32,569 bases of DNA from Priapulus caudatus (Eukaryota): assembly GCF_000485595.1 (NCBI RefSeq), contig NW_014577083.1, positions 639,286 to 671,854 of the forward strand, in the 5' to 3' direction. A model generated the notes under the pieces. It had not been told where the DNA came from, did not search any database, and was given only the letters and a program-made list of their open reading frames with translations. Positions 10,012 through 23,932 of this stretch are shown here, in pieces. The translations under genes and the position numbers were made by a program. Within the stretch, counting starts at the first letter, position 1, and each line of letters begins with the position of its first letter.

Positions 10012-12303
10012 TGAACAAGAAGATTAGCGGAGGGAGGGGTGGCAGTCCTCCAGACAGATGAACTATCCCAACCCGATTTCGAATCGCAGAAAATCCGAAA
10101 CCCCAGAATCTCGGAACCCGCAGTGCGCTGGCCTAACAGACGCTGCTATCTCTGACGCGCGAGTCGTGTGCGGCGGTGTGCCGCAATCTGCTTCAAACTG
10201 CACCACGGCGAGAAAAACACACGGCCAGCGATGATCAGCACTCCACGGCATCATCAGGACTGGTCTCATCGTGGTGACGAACGCAAGCGAGGCTGCTGGT
10301 AGAGAATAACATGGAGCATGCCGGTGTGAGATCTAGGCGAGGCAGAGTCGCATGTGCCGGCCCTGTGTATAGTTAGCCAGTGTAAACGGCGTCATGCGTG
10401 CGAGGGCAACAGCGCGATGATTGGTGGCTTAATGTGGCTACGTTGTTGTGAGATTTTGCCGCTTAGTCCTTCGTCCCGTCTTCGGTAAAACATGATCTAT
10501 TCGCCGATATTGCATTCCCCACAAGCAATGCGGCCTGGCCCATGCGCCCTCCTGGACTCACAACACACTTAATCAGCCTCCGTGTAATGTAGCAGAACAC
10601 AAACTTCTAATCGCACATAGATGTTAGATCGCCGATACTACCAGTGTACGACAGAGCAAACCTTCCTTCTTCTCTTCTCAGCACCGCCTACGCTTATTCT
10701 ATCCGCCCTCAACAACATTCTCCGGCCTTCTCTCCTGCTCCGTTCACAGACGATCACCAGTCCCGTCGGTGGCCACCACCAACGTCACTCGCATCGCTTT
10801 ATGCGCCATCAACATCTTCCGTCAATAGTTGGGTCGCGCTGGTCCGCGCTTAATTCGGATTCTCACAGCGACTTGGTCGCCGTATTTCTTTGCGTTAAAG
10901 CCGCGGGTAACCACGGCGCTGTCGACGCTTGTGTGTCTAGCTAGGCAGCGATGGGCAGTAGAGAGGGAAAGGGGAACAGCGACGATAAGATTGTGCAAGT
11001 TGGGTTCCACTGGTGCGACAGGAACGCATGGGAGTAGACAGCAGGAGGTCGGCTGAAGGGTTTTTTTAGGAACGGGGCAAGTGGTGTAGGAAGGGCGGCT
11101 ACCGCGGGAGGGGGTTTTAGAATAGGGAGGGGCCGGCGGTTACGTGGGCGGGGGTGTAAGAAGGCGGTAGGCGGCGGTTACGGCGGAGGGGCGGGGCGGT
11201 GTTAAAAGGGGGAGGCGGCAGCAGCGGCGGCGCTGGTCGTATCAGCCGTCTAATTCGCCGCGCGCGTTTCTTCGGCTCGGGACCGAAGCCTCCGAATTTC
11301 GGGCATTTCCGGGTATTTCAATTATGGCAATGCGCGCCCGCCGTCGCTCACTGCGCGAGCAAATCAGGATGACGATGAAGCAGATCGAGGCAAACGACTT
11401 CTCTGCAGCGTAAGCCGGCGCGCGTAGACGCCGACACGATTCCTGGCCGGGTGTCAGGCCTGCACGCGCCATTAAACAGCGAGTCGCCTGACAGGGAGCT
11501 CATTTACCGCACTTCTGCGCAAACATATTTGAGAGCTGACGCAGGGGAATGATAATTCGGCTCGCCTGACGGCGGCGGTCGTCGTTCGGCAGCGGCCAGG
11601 CTCTGTGCTGCTGCCACAGGCGGGGTTAATATTGTTTTTCCGCGTGCCCTCCCCAGCTACGCCCGCGCGACCGGTTGTTAATGCCATTAGTGGCGTGCAC
11701 ATATTAGGGCAGGGGCCGGTTAGACCGTTCGCTGCTGCCTGGTGGCTTGCTGCTGTCTGTCTGCTGATGATGATGGTTGATGATGATGATGATGATGGTG
11801 CATGATGATCGATTGATGTGCATGAATGCTGTTTGTTGCTGCTGCCTGCTGCTGCCTGCTGGTGCTGCCAGCTCGCCCCCCCCCCCCCCGCCCCCCCCCC
11901 CCCCGGCCCACACCCGCCTCCCCCCCCCTTGCTGCTGCTGCTGATAATGATGATGATGATGATGAGGATGCTAGTGCTGCTGCCTGCTGCCCTGCCAGCT
12001 GCATGGACGCTGCGCAGACACGAGTATAGATGAAAGATTAGAAAGATATGCTGGTATCAACATAGGCTTAATAATAAGAGATCGCGAACGTCCTCTGGTA
12101 CACACTGCGGAGAAGATCGAGTATGAATAATCATCACGATCGAATCCGCTCGAGGCGAGCCATAAATTATGTATTGTTACATAATTCACTATAATGTCAG
12201 AGCTTTATAATACCTTATTAAAAGGTATTTGATTAGCTTCTTGATAACTGGGTAGAAATACATTTATCTAGCTGTGTGTGTTATAATATAAAATCTTGCA
12301 TAA

Positions 12304-12304
12304 G

Positions 12305-12338
<34 letters not shown>

Positions 12339-12346
12339 CTGTGTGT

Positions 12347-12385
<39 letters not shown>

Positions 12386-12719
12386 TGTGTGTGTGTAGTG
12401 TGTGCGGCGCGGTGACGTGTGTGTGCTGTGTGCGTGTTACGTGTGTGGCGCTCGTTGCCTGTGTTACTTGTATAGGTGGGCAGCGTGTGTGTGGTACCGT
12501 CCGCGTTGTGCGTGCGCGTGCGTGCGTACGTGTGTCTGTGTCGCACCGCCGCTGAGATGTAGGGAGGGCGGGAAAAAAACGGCGAGTTTCAGCACCTCGG
12601 ACGAAGAAAACTCGCGACAAAATATCTTCTGCATTGCGTCGCGCGCGCACCAACACCACGACAGCACACACATACACCACACACACCACACACCCTACAC
12701 ACACACACACAACACACAC

Positions 12720-12803
<84 letters not shown>

Positions 12804-12823
12804 TGCAGCAGCAGCAGCAGCAG
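12304..12823. repeat. Compound microsatellite: (TA)n, (TG)n, unique core, (CA)n, (CAG)n
   Basis: (TG)-rich 12318-12540, core 12541-12650, (CA)-rich 12651-12782, (CAG)n 12782-12823. Confidence 0.95.
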
Positions 12824-13849
12824 TCGCCGCGCTCGCTCCCTCGCTCGCTCGCTCACTCTCCTCGTGGTGATTTACAGCTCCATGTACAACAAAAGATGCA
12901 ATTCAGCTCGACGCCATTCGCGAAAACGTTTTCGGGCGGCCACAACAAAAGCCGGTAACGGCAGTGTACACCTGTTGGCTGGGCCACACCGCGCGAAATT
13001 AACCCAACCGCATAGATTCGTGCTTGCCTTTAGACCGGAGAAATAAGCGCACTTGCTATAATGAGAATAGAGGAATAGATCGGGGAGAAAATCGGGGAGA
13101 AATCGTGGTGAAAAATCCAGCTGTTGCTGCACAGTTCCCATGCATAAAGACGGGAGAATATTGCGAGCGTGAATGCATGTTCCTCTATACTATATACAGA
13201 TGGCCAGAGATTACACGCCACCTAGTAGATAGATGCGTGTGCGCACGCAGCTTAAACTGTTACGATAGCGAAGGGTACGGTACCTTCACTGCGCTAGTCA
13301 CGCGACGTTTGATGTCGACTTAAATATATTCTTGTCATCTTAATGGACTCTTGCTCCGAAGCACTTTGGTACGAATCGTCTGCGTGTCGCTACCTGCTCA
13401 AACCTCGCTATTGATTTCACGTAACACGCGCTGGACATGCTCATGTGAGCCGCACTGACCTACTGACTCAATGTCTAGATCAGGGTATTATTGTCTTATA
13501 CGCAGAAAATCCTAAACGCGTAAGAGGCTGCAGTCACGATGCGAGGTAAGCATATACGGCATAGCATATCCGCATACGGGAGTATTAAGAAAATCACTTA
13601 CCGGCAAGGTCGCGTGAGCTGCCGAAGCGGATTCGATATGGATTTTAATGTCGCTCGAGAGTGATACAAAACGTTCGAAATGAATAGGCGACAGTTAGTA
13701 CGAAGACAGTTAGTTATACACGTATACATATAGATATACACACCCACGTACCCATCCACACTCACATGCACCTAACGACAAACGAATGATATAGATATAT
13801 TTATTTATTTATTTATGTATTTAATTATTATTCGTATATAAATACACAC

Positions 13850-13852
13850 TCG

Positions 13853-13926
<74 letters not shown>

Positions 13927-14018
13927 CCACACACACACACACACACCACACACACAACACACACACACACACAACAAACACACACATCACACACAACACA
14001 CACACACACACACACACA
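13850..14018. repeat. (CG)n-(CA)n microsatellite
   Basis: Direct reading. Confidence 0.95.
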
Positions 14019-14189
14019 TTACATAATTGAGCAGCGAATCGTCGAGATCTAAATTGTGTGTCGTACCGTGGGTGCTTCTATCGCGCCTTCATATATTATA
14101 TTCATATTTATATCTCATCTCTGGCAACGACAATCGGCAGCGGATCAGCGGCTATCAGGCGTGATTACGGGGGAAAGAGAGAGTACAGC

Positions 14190-14390
14190 CGCGCACACAC
14201 ACACCACACGCACCGCCGCAACGCACGGCAACGCACAACCACACACCAGGACCACACACAGAACAACAACAGCACAACACCGCACACACAAACACACACA
14301 CACACACACACACTCTCACACACACACCACACATCACACACACACACACCACACACACACACATCACACACACCACAACACACACCCGGC
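14190..14390. repeat. Degenerate (CA)n tract
   Basis: Direct reading; many single-base interruptions. Confidence 0.9.
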
Positions 14391-14987
14391 ACCCACAGGC
14401 ACTGTACGTGGTTTCCAGTCGGCTGCACTGACAGCCACAGCTCGTGTCAACACGTTCACTGCTCTTAATTATTTCTATAGATGATGGAAATCATATTACC
14501 ATGAGGCTGAGGAGCGCGAATTAAATTTCCAATTTATGATGATTGAGCTTATAGTGCAACGAGCCACGGATGCAGCTGTAACATTGTAATGATTGGTATT
14601 TGGACCGCAATTGTGCCAGTATATATATATTATATTATATAATGATATTATATATATATATATATATATCTATATAGAGGTTAGAGACGCTATGGCAGGA
14701 GGCTGCTGGTGGGTCGGGTGGCAGTGAGGCTGCAGGGGAATCGACGAATATACTGCGACTCGCTAATAAATTACTTATTAATAAACATATACTATAGAGC
14801 ATACGTAGGCGAAGACGTGTGATATGCAGATCTCGGTGTTTGCGGGGAATTTGGTGAGATAAAACAAATCACATCGCTTCGGTAAAGGTTTCATGTAGGG
14901 GATTGAAATCGTGCATTCAGTTGCATTTTACTTACAGCATACCATTATTAATATATACTACATGTACACAGCTGTTGGTGCCTCGCT

Positions 14988-15215
14988 TGTGTGTGGTGTC
15001 GGTGATGTGTGGTGTGATGTGGGTGTGTTGTGTATGTGTTGCTATATGATAATGTGTGGGTGATGATGTAGGTGTGCGTGCGTGCGTGCAGTGCGTGTTT
15101 GTTGTGGGTGTGTGTGTGTGTGTGTGTGATGTGAATGGGTTTGTGTGGAGGTGGTGTGATGTGTGTGAATGCTGGATGTGAATGATGTGAGTGTGTATGT
15201 GGTAAGTGTGTGTGC
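14988..15215. repeat. Degenerate (TG)n tract
   Basis: Direct reading. Confidence 0.85.
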
Positions 15216-15467
15216 CATACGGTGCGTGACTCGCATGTGCCTCGTGTGCATACCGTGGTGCTCGCAATGTCGTGTGATGCATAACGTGCGTGCTCGGCGT
15301 CGCGTGTCGTGAATTTGATGTGTAATACGCTCGCTCCGCAACTCGCTGTATGCCTGCGCTATGCTGCTTCGGTGCTGGACCCGCCCCTGACTTATTGTTG
15401 GCTTCGAGGACCAAGATAACAATCATAAAACGCTATCCCATGACGGTCCACGTGTCATTTCTTGCGC

Positions 15468-16428
15468 CATGCGGTGAGGCGGAGCTGGAGGCGGTGCGAG
15501 GCGGAGGTGGAGCGGTGTGAGGTGGAGGGTGGCGAGCGGAGGGCGAAGTGGAGGCGTGGAGCGGACGAGGTGGAGGGTTTTGAGGCGGAGGTGGGGGTGG
15601 AGGCGGAAGGGTGGGGAAGCGGAGTGTGGAGGCGGGGGTGGGAGGGTGGAGGCGGAGGGTGAGGCGTGGAGCGGAGGGTGGAGGGTGGAGGCGGAGAGGG
15701 TCGGAGGCGGAGGGTGAGAGGTGGAGCGCGGAGGTGAGGCGGAGGGTGGAGGGTGGCAGGCGGAGGATGGAGGGTGGAGGGTGAAAGCGACGGAGGGTGG
15801 GGGTGGAGGCGGAGGTGGAGGCCGGAGGGGTGGAGTGCGAGGCTTGAGGCGTGGAGGCGCGACTGTTAGGCGGATGGTTGGCAGGGTGAAGGCAGAGTGG
15901 AGGTGAGGCGGAGGTGGAGGATGGAGGCGGAGGTGCGGGGGGTGGAGGTGTAGGCGTGGGGCGGAGGTGGAGGCGGCAGGGTGGAGGGTGGAGCGGGAGT
16001 GTGGAGGCGGAGGCGGAGGGTGGAGTCGGAGGGGTGGAGGGTGGAAGGCGGAGGGTGGCAGCGGAGCGTGGGGCGGAGATGCGGACGAGAGTGGAGGGTG
16101 AGAGGGTGGAGGGTGAGAGGCGGAGGGTGGGAGGGCGGAGGGTGGGGTGAGGCGGAGAGCGGAGGTGGAGCGGAGGTGGAGGCGGACGGATGGAGGGTGG
16201 AGGTGATAGGGGGAGGCGGAGGGTGGAGGGTGGAGCGGAGGGTGAGGTGGAGGCGGAGGTGGAGGTGGAGGTGGAGGGTTGAGGGTGGAGGGTGTAGGGT
16301 GGAAGGCGGAGGTGGAGGCGGAGGCGTGGAGGGTGGAGGGCGGAGTGTGGAGGCGGGAGGCGCGAGGGTGGGCGGAGGGTGGATGGCGAGAGATGGCAGG
16401 GTGGAGGGCGGATGAGAGACGAGGCGGT
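15468..16428 (+). repeat. About 950-bp G-rich satellite of GGAGGC/GGAGGT/GGAGGGT units
   Basis: Direct reading; source of the Pro-rich and Gly-rich ORFs. Confidence 0.95.
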
Positions 16429-16654
16429 AAATAAAAAGTTCTTTCGCAATGAACGTGAGATTATCTAGTAAAAGCTGCATGCTGGTAATCCTGTGTATAG
16501 TATATGCCTATTTACTGTACCTGTCGGCATCACGTATATAACCCATTACCCGGCTAGCTGGCAAAATATGCAGCAGACATGGGAGCATTAATCAAACACC
16601 AAGCAAGTGTCACACGTGATTGTGTCGCAGCTGTCGTAATGATGACCTGGCCTG

Positions 16655-16713
16655 CTATTGCTGCTGCTGCTGCTGCTGCTGATGCTGCTGGCTGCTGCTG
16701 CTGCTTCTGCTGC
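16655..16713. repeat. (GCT)n microsatellite
   Basis: Direct reading. Confidence 0.85.
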
Positions 16714-16754
16714 TATATACAGCATCGCGTGACGCCCGGGACGCGAGCACAATG

Positions 16755-17310
16755 ACGCACGCACACGCACGCACGCAACGCAGACACTGCACGCACGCAC
16801 ACACATGCACGGACGCACACACTCACGCACGCACGCACACGCACGCGTAGACACGCGCGCGCACACATGCACGCACGCACACACTCACTTCGCGCACGCC
16901 ACACGCACGCCTGGGCACGATCGCACACACATGCACGCACGCCTAGGCACGATCGCACACACATGCACGCACGCACGCACACGCACGTATAGACACGGGC
17001 GCACACACATGCACGCACGCAAACACTCACTCACGCACGCACGCGCACGTATAGACACGGGCGCACACACATGCACGCACGCAAACACTCACTCACGCAC
17101 GCACGCGCACGTATAGACACGCGTGCACACATGCACGCACGCAAACACTCACTCACGCACGCACACGCACGCCTATAGGCACGCGCGCACACACATGAAC
17201 GCACGCAAACACTCACTCACGCACGCACACGCACGCCTATAGGCACGCGCGCACACACATGAACGCACGCAAACACTCACTCACGCACGTATAGACACGC
17301 GCGCACACAC
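16755..17310 (+). repeat. (GCAC)n-derived minisatellite with a period of about 62 bp
   Basis: Marker tatag at 16988, 17050, 17112, 17174, 17238 and 17290; each unit carries atgcacgcacgcaaacactcactcac or a close variant. Confidence 0.9.
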
Positions 17311-18269
17311 AGATGCGTGCATAAACCTGCTGTGTACAGACTTGCCGCAAACAGAGTGCGTGTGCAGAACGACCTCATGCACGCATGTACACGAACTAAC
17401 GTCACACACGCATGCACACGCGCGCGTAGAAAAAAGTACGTATAATATATCAAGCATGCTCGCCGGTACATTCACTCTAGAGGGGACATGATGATATAGC
17501 CATCTGTGCAGGGTCCTCCATACAACAACGGCTTATACGTGGAGAAATATGGGACAATATTTAGCTTTCACAAACCAAGAAGATCGCATATGCAAATACG
17601 CAAAGGAATTGGTGTATACTTTTAGTAATACGCCTGTCTTTGTTCCAGTTAACGTTTCCCGCGTCAATGCCATTGTGATCAGGTCGTAGTACACCACATT
17701 GGCAAGCTTGCTTAAACTCCTTAGATAACACTACAATTAGCTTCCCTAACGTACGTTGTCATATGGTTTTGAAGATGCTTTACGTGAGTGTTTGAGTTCG
17801 TGTTTCATTGATCATAACAACGCGTAGAAATATACGCATCGCAGTAAACGTGCCTCTGGAGATAGCTTGCGCGCCGCTCTCCCATGCACGTAACGCTGTT
17901 GGGTACAGACTGTGGAGATTTCAATGCCATACATTGTTCATCAACGATATCGCTTGTCAAGTGCACAGATTGCTCTCGTCGCAATAGTCGACTCATGCAT
18001 GCAGTAGAGCAAACGTCTATATTACGAAAGCGAAATTAGGTTTGTTTCTGTTAGCCGTCACTGCCCGCCGTCAGTCGACTGCAGCGAGACCGTGTCCATG
18101 TAATTATCATCTAGCCGAGGCAAAAATTGGAAACATTTTCTGATATTAAAAACGCTGCGGGGTTATTAAATCGGCCATGATTGCTGCCGAGTTGTTTGGG
18201 CTGCGCAGGAAGGCTATGATTATTCCCGAGAAGCTAGTCGCGTGTTTAATTCCCTCGGACGTTGGTCGT

Positions 18270-18430
18270 ATGTGTGCACGCGTGTGTGCGTGTGTGGGCG
18301 TAGGCCTATATATGTGTGCGCGAGCGTGTGTGCGCGTGCGTGTGCGCGCGCGCGAGTGTGTGTGCGCGCGTGCGTGTGTGCGCGCGTGCGTACATGCATG
18401 TGTGTATGCGTGCGTGTGTTCGTGTGTGTC
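18270..18430. repeat. Mixed (GT)/(GC) alternating purine-pyrimidine tract
   Basis: Direct reading. Confidence 0.85.
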
Positions 18431-19276
18431 GGTAGGTTGTACTCGTCCCTGTATGCGATTGGGATAGATAAGCCCCTATCGGAGTGGCTTAGGTGCTAGG
18501 CTGGGATAAGTCCCTGACTTCGCGCTACCAACGCCGATCTAATGCATGTTCGCACGCAATAAAGGTGTCCGAATTAATATTCGTGCTCGTAAATGCGTCG
18601 TCTCGTTCTGTCTACTTGTCACAGACGACGTGAGTTACTGCTGCGCACAGCTCTCACTGCCCACGCGCACCCACGCGTTAACTACAGCAGTACAACCATC
18701 GCTTTGCTGCATTTCATTCTCGCCTGTTGCCACTTTTGTTGCCGAGAAGTGAGTTCATATATCACATGATTTGCAAATGAGCGAAATCGGCATCGGCACG
18801 CAACTATAGGCGACGTTTCGCTCGTCAGTAGCTCATAATGTTCAGAATGTATAGACGTGCAGTGATATGCGAGAAATTTATGCTACATGCGAAGAGGTGA
18901 GGGTGCGTAGAGACGGAATCAATGGTGGATGATCTCGCCTAAGACGAGATCTCGCGCACGAGATCCGCACCGCACTCGCAGTACACTCGATATACGTTCC
19001 CATAGAGTTCAGTCTTCTTTTAATTGCGGTAATGAGTGTAATAACGGGCTGACCTGTGTCCGTAGTTTGAAGCGGGAGGGAGTATAGGGGGAGTGTAATC
19101 TTCCAGTTACACCAATGCGTCCGCCGTGTGCGTACAGCCGCGTTGGCTTCCTATATCGGAAACGGACTTAAAGATGCGGTTAGAACACCAACGATTTAAC
19201 GATATGCGTTCCCGAATTCATCCGTGCAGTAAGAAAACCAGCGAAGCTCGCACGCACCCACCGCGCAAGCACGCGT

Positions 19277-19450
19277 GCACGCTCGCACGCATGCATGTTC
19301 GGTCGAAATCCTACTCGCACGCATACACGCTCGCACGCATGCATGCTCGCTCGAAATCCCACTCGCACGCATGCACGTTCGCACGCATGCATGCTCGCTC
19401 GAAATCACAGTAGCACGCTCGCACGCATGCATGCTCGTTCGAAATCATAC
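19277..19450 (+). repeat. 48-bp minisatellite, 4 copies
   Basis: cgcacgcatgcatgYtcgNtcgaaatc; cgaaatc at 19304, 19352, 19400 and 19440. Confidence 0.9.
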
Positions 19451-19594
19451 TCCCACACATGCACGCGCGCATGCACCCACCACACACACACGCATGCACA
19501 CGCGCATGCACACACGCACGCCCGCACGCACGCACGTGCGCAAGCGATACATCACATTTACACGCCGTAGACGCGTGAACGTAACGAAATCCTC

Positions 19595-19597
<3 letters not shown>

Positions 19598-19638
<41 letters not shown>
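19598..19638. repeat. (AG)n microsatellite
   Basis: Direct reading. Confidence 0.95.
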
Positions 19639-19642
<4 letters not shown>

Positions 19643-20340
19643 TCTGCCCGCGATAGCCGTCATCGCCTGGCTTCGACGCACAATAAAATATATTTCCCCT
19701 GCCGAATCAGATGCCGAGATGCGAAAGAAGAGATCTACGCCAGCGCTGTTTCCACGGCAAAACGCGAGGTTGCCTTTCGACGGAGCGCGGGAGAAACGAG
19801 TATTAAAAATGTTAATTGTCTGGATATTTTCGGAAGGGCTACCAGCTCGACCCGTCTCTCTCCAACGATGCTTGCTCGCTCACAACTTATCGTTGCCCGC
19901 CACAATTACGGCGGTGAGCTGTGGATTTAAACGTTTATTAATAACCGTTTAATCCGCCGACGATCCGACATTACGGCAATCCGCGCTAAGCCACGTTATC
20001 ACCGCCGTATATTTGCCCGTAATCTTCTCGGAATTAGATGCATGGTAATCAAGGCAAGCCCGGGCAGCTCAGAAAGACTCCGACCGGCTGCTTCATTACT
20101 GAGAGCTTTATGGTTTATAATCGTGACGACATATTCGAACGATGACAATGTACGGAGATTCGGTGTGGGCAAGAGTCAATGTTAGGCGCCTAGATCGAGA
20201 ATCGTACAGCGGCTACGTGTGTTAGTGAGTGAGATACCTTGCTAGTGTTTAGGTGTACGTAGCTGATGACCTAATGAGAGAGTGCGGCGGATACTGTTAT
20301 TGCGTATACGGTAACCATGAAGGGTTTCAATGTGCTTAAA

Positions 20341-20390
20341 CCCCTCTTCTCCTCCAAACTATCTTCTTCTTTTTTTTCTCTCCCCCAACT

Positions 20391-20425
<35 letters not shown>

Positions 20426-20790
20426 TCTCTCTCTCTCTCTCTCCCAACTCTTTTTTTCTCCATCCCTCCTCTCGTTCTCTCTTTCTTTCTCTCTCTCTCT
20501 CTCTCTCGCTTTGTCTGTCTATCTGTCTATGTCTCTCTAATCCTCTCTCATCGATCTCGTCTCCTCTCTCTCTCTCTCTCATTTTCTCTTCCCCTCTCTC
20601 TCTCCCTCTTTCTGTTTCTGTTTGTGCTTACTCTTGCTCTCGTTCTTCATTCTTTCTACATCTGTTTCCCAGTCGCTCTCGTTTTGCAACGATTCTTTTT
20701 GTCTTACTCCCCCCTCTTCTATTTATCCCTTCTCCTCTCTAATCCCTCCCCTCCCCGCCCCATCCTCCTTCTTACTCTCGTTCTCTTTAT
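20341..20790. repeat. Polypyrimidine / (CT)n low-complexity tract
   Basis: Direct reading; includes (CT)n(CG)n(CT)n at about 20389-20443. Confidence 0.9.
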
Positions 20791-21989
20791 CATTCAATGT
20801 CATGCGCGCGGAAATTTCATTGTGAGACAATTTAAAGAGAGATAATTATTATATTACACATGCACGAATAACAACGTCACATTAACGAGTTGCTAAACGA
20901 CGTGTCTCTTTGTTGTCGAACAAGGAGCTAGCTGCCTGCGTCTTGCTCCGTAACGCAAAGCCACCAGATATACGTTGTCTACACACGCAGGCGCAGGAAT
21001 TGAGAGAGATACATCGTCGAGGTATATAGAGTCTTTGATTTGTGCTAATTGATACGTTTCGTAATTGTTTTCAATAAAATGAATTCTACCCGCCGAGTGG
21101 CCTCATTTGGCTGTGAGCGCGGGGCAAATTTAACGCGACATTAGTGGGTATTGTCCGCTTATCGTTGCGCTGATGCGGAGTTGAGCTGAGTCTCGATTGC
21201 ACCACTCACAGCATCAAGGGCCGAGTGACGGCCAGTGCCGAGCCGCGCCGCGATCCGTTTGTTTCTCGGGCGCGCGCGCGTTTAGGTATAAACAAATTTC
21301 GTTGCCGTCTCTCGAGTCGGCAACGATGGGATACGTCGAGGGCGCGATCTCAGATGGCTTATTAAAAGCATTCAGCATCGTTACCACTCATGCGTTTCAT
21401 TAAACACACGAAGCTGCGTGAGTGGTATACGTACAGCAGCCAGCAGCAGCAGAGTGTGCGCGTGCGTGCGTGCGTGCGTGCGCGTGCGTGCGTGCGCATC
21501 TGCGAGAAGTTACTTAGAAGGAATCTCGTAGTTGATTCGCGTGATAAAATTTCTACAGGGTGAATTGGTCTGGCGAAGGGAGGGAGGGAGGGAGGGGAAG
21601 GGGGTTATCGTGTATAAAGAAGCAATACTCCTCTCGTGAGCCTTGCTGTTATTGCGCGCAATAGCATCTCTCTTCGAGCTGTCATAATCCGCTCGTGGTG
21701 AAGAATAAGTCATAAGTAATCACTATTATAGACGCGCGCATCAGCGAGAGACTCTCCCGCCCCTCCCCCCCACGCCTGTCGACGACACGCCGCATACGAC
21801 ACACGCATGCGCGTTACCCCCTCCCCACATGAGCATGTTGTCCGATATGAAAAAATATATCGAAACGCCGTGCACTGTATTTTTAATAATAGATACTATA
21901 CGAATACCGTATAACTCATCGCTACTGTTATTGACCCACGCTACACGGACGATAGAAATGAGATGCAACGACGACACGGCATATACATT

Positions 21990-21993
<4 letters not shown>

Positions 21994-22045
<52 letters not shown>

Positions 22046-22066
22046 TTATTTATTTATTTATTTATA
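21994..22066. repeat. (AT)n + (ATTT)n microsatellite
   Basis: Direct reading. Confidence 0.95.
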
Positions 22067-22822
22067 TAGTCATCGATAAAGGAGTTGGCGGATTTACGAG
22101 TGGGTGGTGCGCACATTAAAACTGGAATCGAAATAACCGCGGAATTCAATTAGCGAGCGATTGCCAGCGCGGCATTAATTGGTTGATTTAGTGGCGAGTC
22201 AGAAACAATCACCTCTAATACGAGAATAATATATCGCTAACGATGGCTAGTTGGCATCGCCGTTCCCCGCTCATTCCTGATTTCATTTCCGACTAATAAA
22301 ATCATGCTGACGCTGGCGATGGCGCTCGCATGCAAATGCGATACTTGTCGCTAAATCACGGATTCATGCAGAAATCTGGAAGAAATGCAGATGATGCCGT
22401 TGAGTGTCTTTCTCGAAGCTACCGAGCACCGGTCGGAGCGGATCTTGGGGGAGGCGGAGGAGGCGGGGGGAGGCGGAGAAGGGGAGGACTCTCGACCCCG
22501 TGTGTGAGTGGGCCACGCGTGAGTGTGCGCATGATTTCGGGGGTGGGGGATGAGCGAAAGTAGGCAGGCATCCTACTATTTCGTGCGGCAAATCGATTCG
22601 CGGAAATGTCGTATAATGACATGAGAAATAACGTCATGAGGGAAACCATCGCGGCAGGTTAGCGTAGCGATTAAGACATAATCACAGTGCCTACCATTCA
22701 CTTCACGATGCCTATAAAAACAGCACATAAATTACGTGAACGCTCAGCTATGACATTATTACTTTAATAATCGCGCTCCACGTTATCGGATACGTTTGCA
22801 CTAAAATTGCCGTGGCTAGATG

Positions 22823-22853
<31 letters not shown>

Positions 22854-22906
22854 CACAGACGTATTCACGCACGCACGGACGCACGCACGCACGCACAGAG
22901 AGAAAA

Positions 22907-22937
<31 letters not shown>

Positions 22938-23020
22938 ACGAGACAAGCAAGCAACACAGCAAGAGAGATAGATAGCGAGAAAATGGAGAAAGGGGAGGGG
23001 AGAGGGAGAGAGAGAGAGAT
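22823..23020. repeat. (GCAC)n followed by a (GA)-rich tract
   Basis: Direct reading. Confidence 0.9.
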
Positions 23021-23932
23021 CCCGCGAATGTTCGTTGGACACCTCTCATTTAATAAGCACCGCAATCGATATAGTTTAGCATGCCACATTTGGCACTTAC
23101 AAAGGTTTGTCCCCGTTCCGGGGAAGGTCTCACTAGCGCGAAAGCCTCTGACGAACAGCTCGGGTACAGCAAGTGACGGGTTTTTGACGAGGAAGGAATA
23201 CGAAGAGGAAAACGACTCCCGTCGTCGTCCGCATACACGATAGAATGTGTGATTAGGCAAGCCATAATTAAGATGCGTTGGTCGTCAGTGTGTCTAAAGT
23301 CAAACATGTACAAATTAAAATCGGTCTAGCACGTCAATAGCGGTGTTTCTTTATTGAAACGGGCAGGGAGATAACAGCATTAGGAAGAGCAACCGATGCA
23401 TAATTTTCACTCGGCGAATAATAAATTCACTAATTACATGACTGACGTCACACCGTGAAAACTCCCTGATTACCTGCTTTCGTTCTTTGCATATTGAAAT
23501 TCTATAGAATGACGCAGGATGTGTGCCCATGATTGTCGCAAATCGAGCCCTAGATCAAATATGAAGCGTCTCTTACGCAACCAGTACACAGTTTCGGGTG
23601 TGTACCGTGTTGCCACCGATAGAACGTTGGGCTGCAGTGCCAAACGACATGAAGTCTCAAATCTTTCGTGGAGAGAGCGAGAGACATGATAATATATAGT
23701 TTCTATTTTTTTTTCGTACATGTTACAAACCGTCCATCGACCAGCAAGCCATATATATTTTAGATGGCTCTGCCACAGTTAGGGTCAATTGTGAATGTAC
23801 GTTGGAGATGTGAAGAGGTGTTTTAAAAATATTGTGTTTGTATATTATAAGAAATTAAAAAGAAACCCAGATTGAAACACGGCAGAACAGGGAACAGCTA
23901 CAAATTCGTGTTTTCCGTGTCTTATAGAACGT

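Larger units (their letters stand above)
8258..12290 (+). repeat. About 4.0-kb unit, copy B of the apparent tandem duplication
   Basis: Colinear with 4360-8247; differences are mostly 1-2 nt indels. Confidence 0.95.

Noticed and set aside
10822..11010. KKYGDQVAVRI peptide reminiscent of small element-associated proteins
   Set aside because: Very short motif, the frame differs in copy A, and no downstream conserved motif is visible.
12910..12925. 16-mer gacgccattcgcgaaa also present at 30312-30327
   Set aside because: Isolated match with unrelated flanks; cannot be distinguished from chance.
15433..16480. 338-aa and 204-aa Pro-rich, extensin-like ORFs
   Set aside because: Stop-poor translation of the G-rich satellite with mixed 6/7-bp units.
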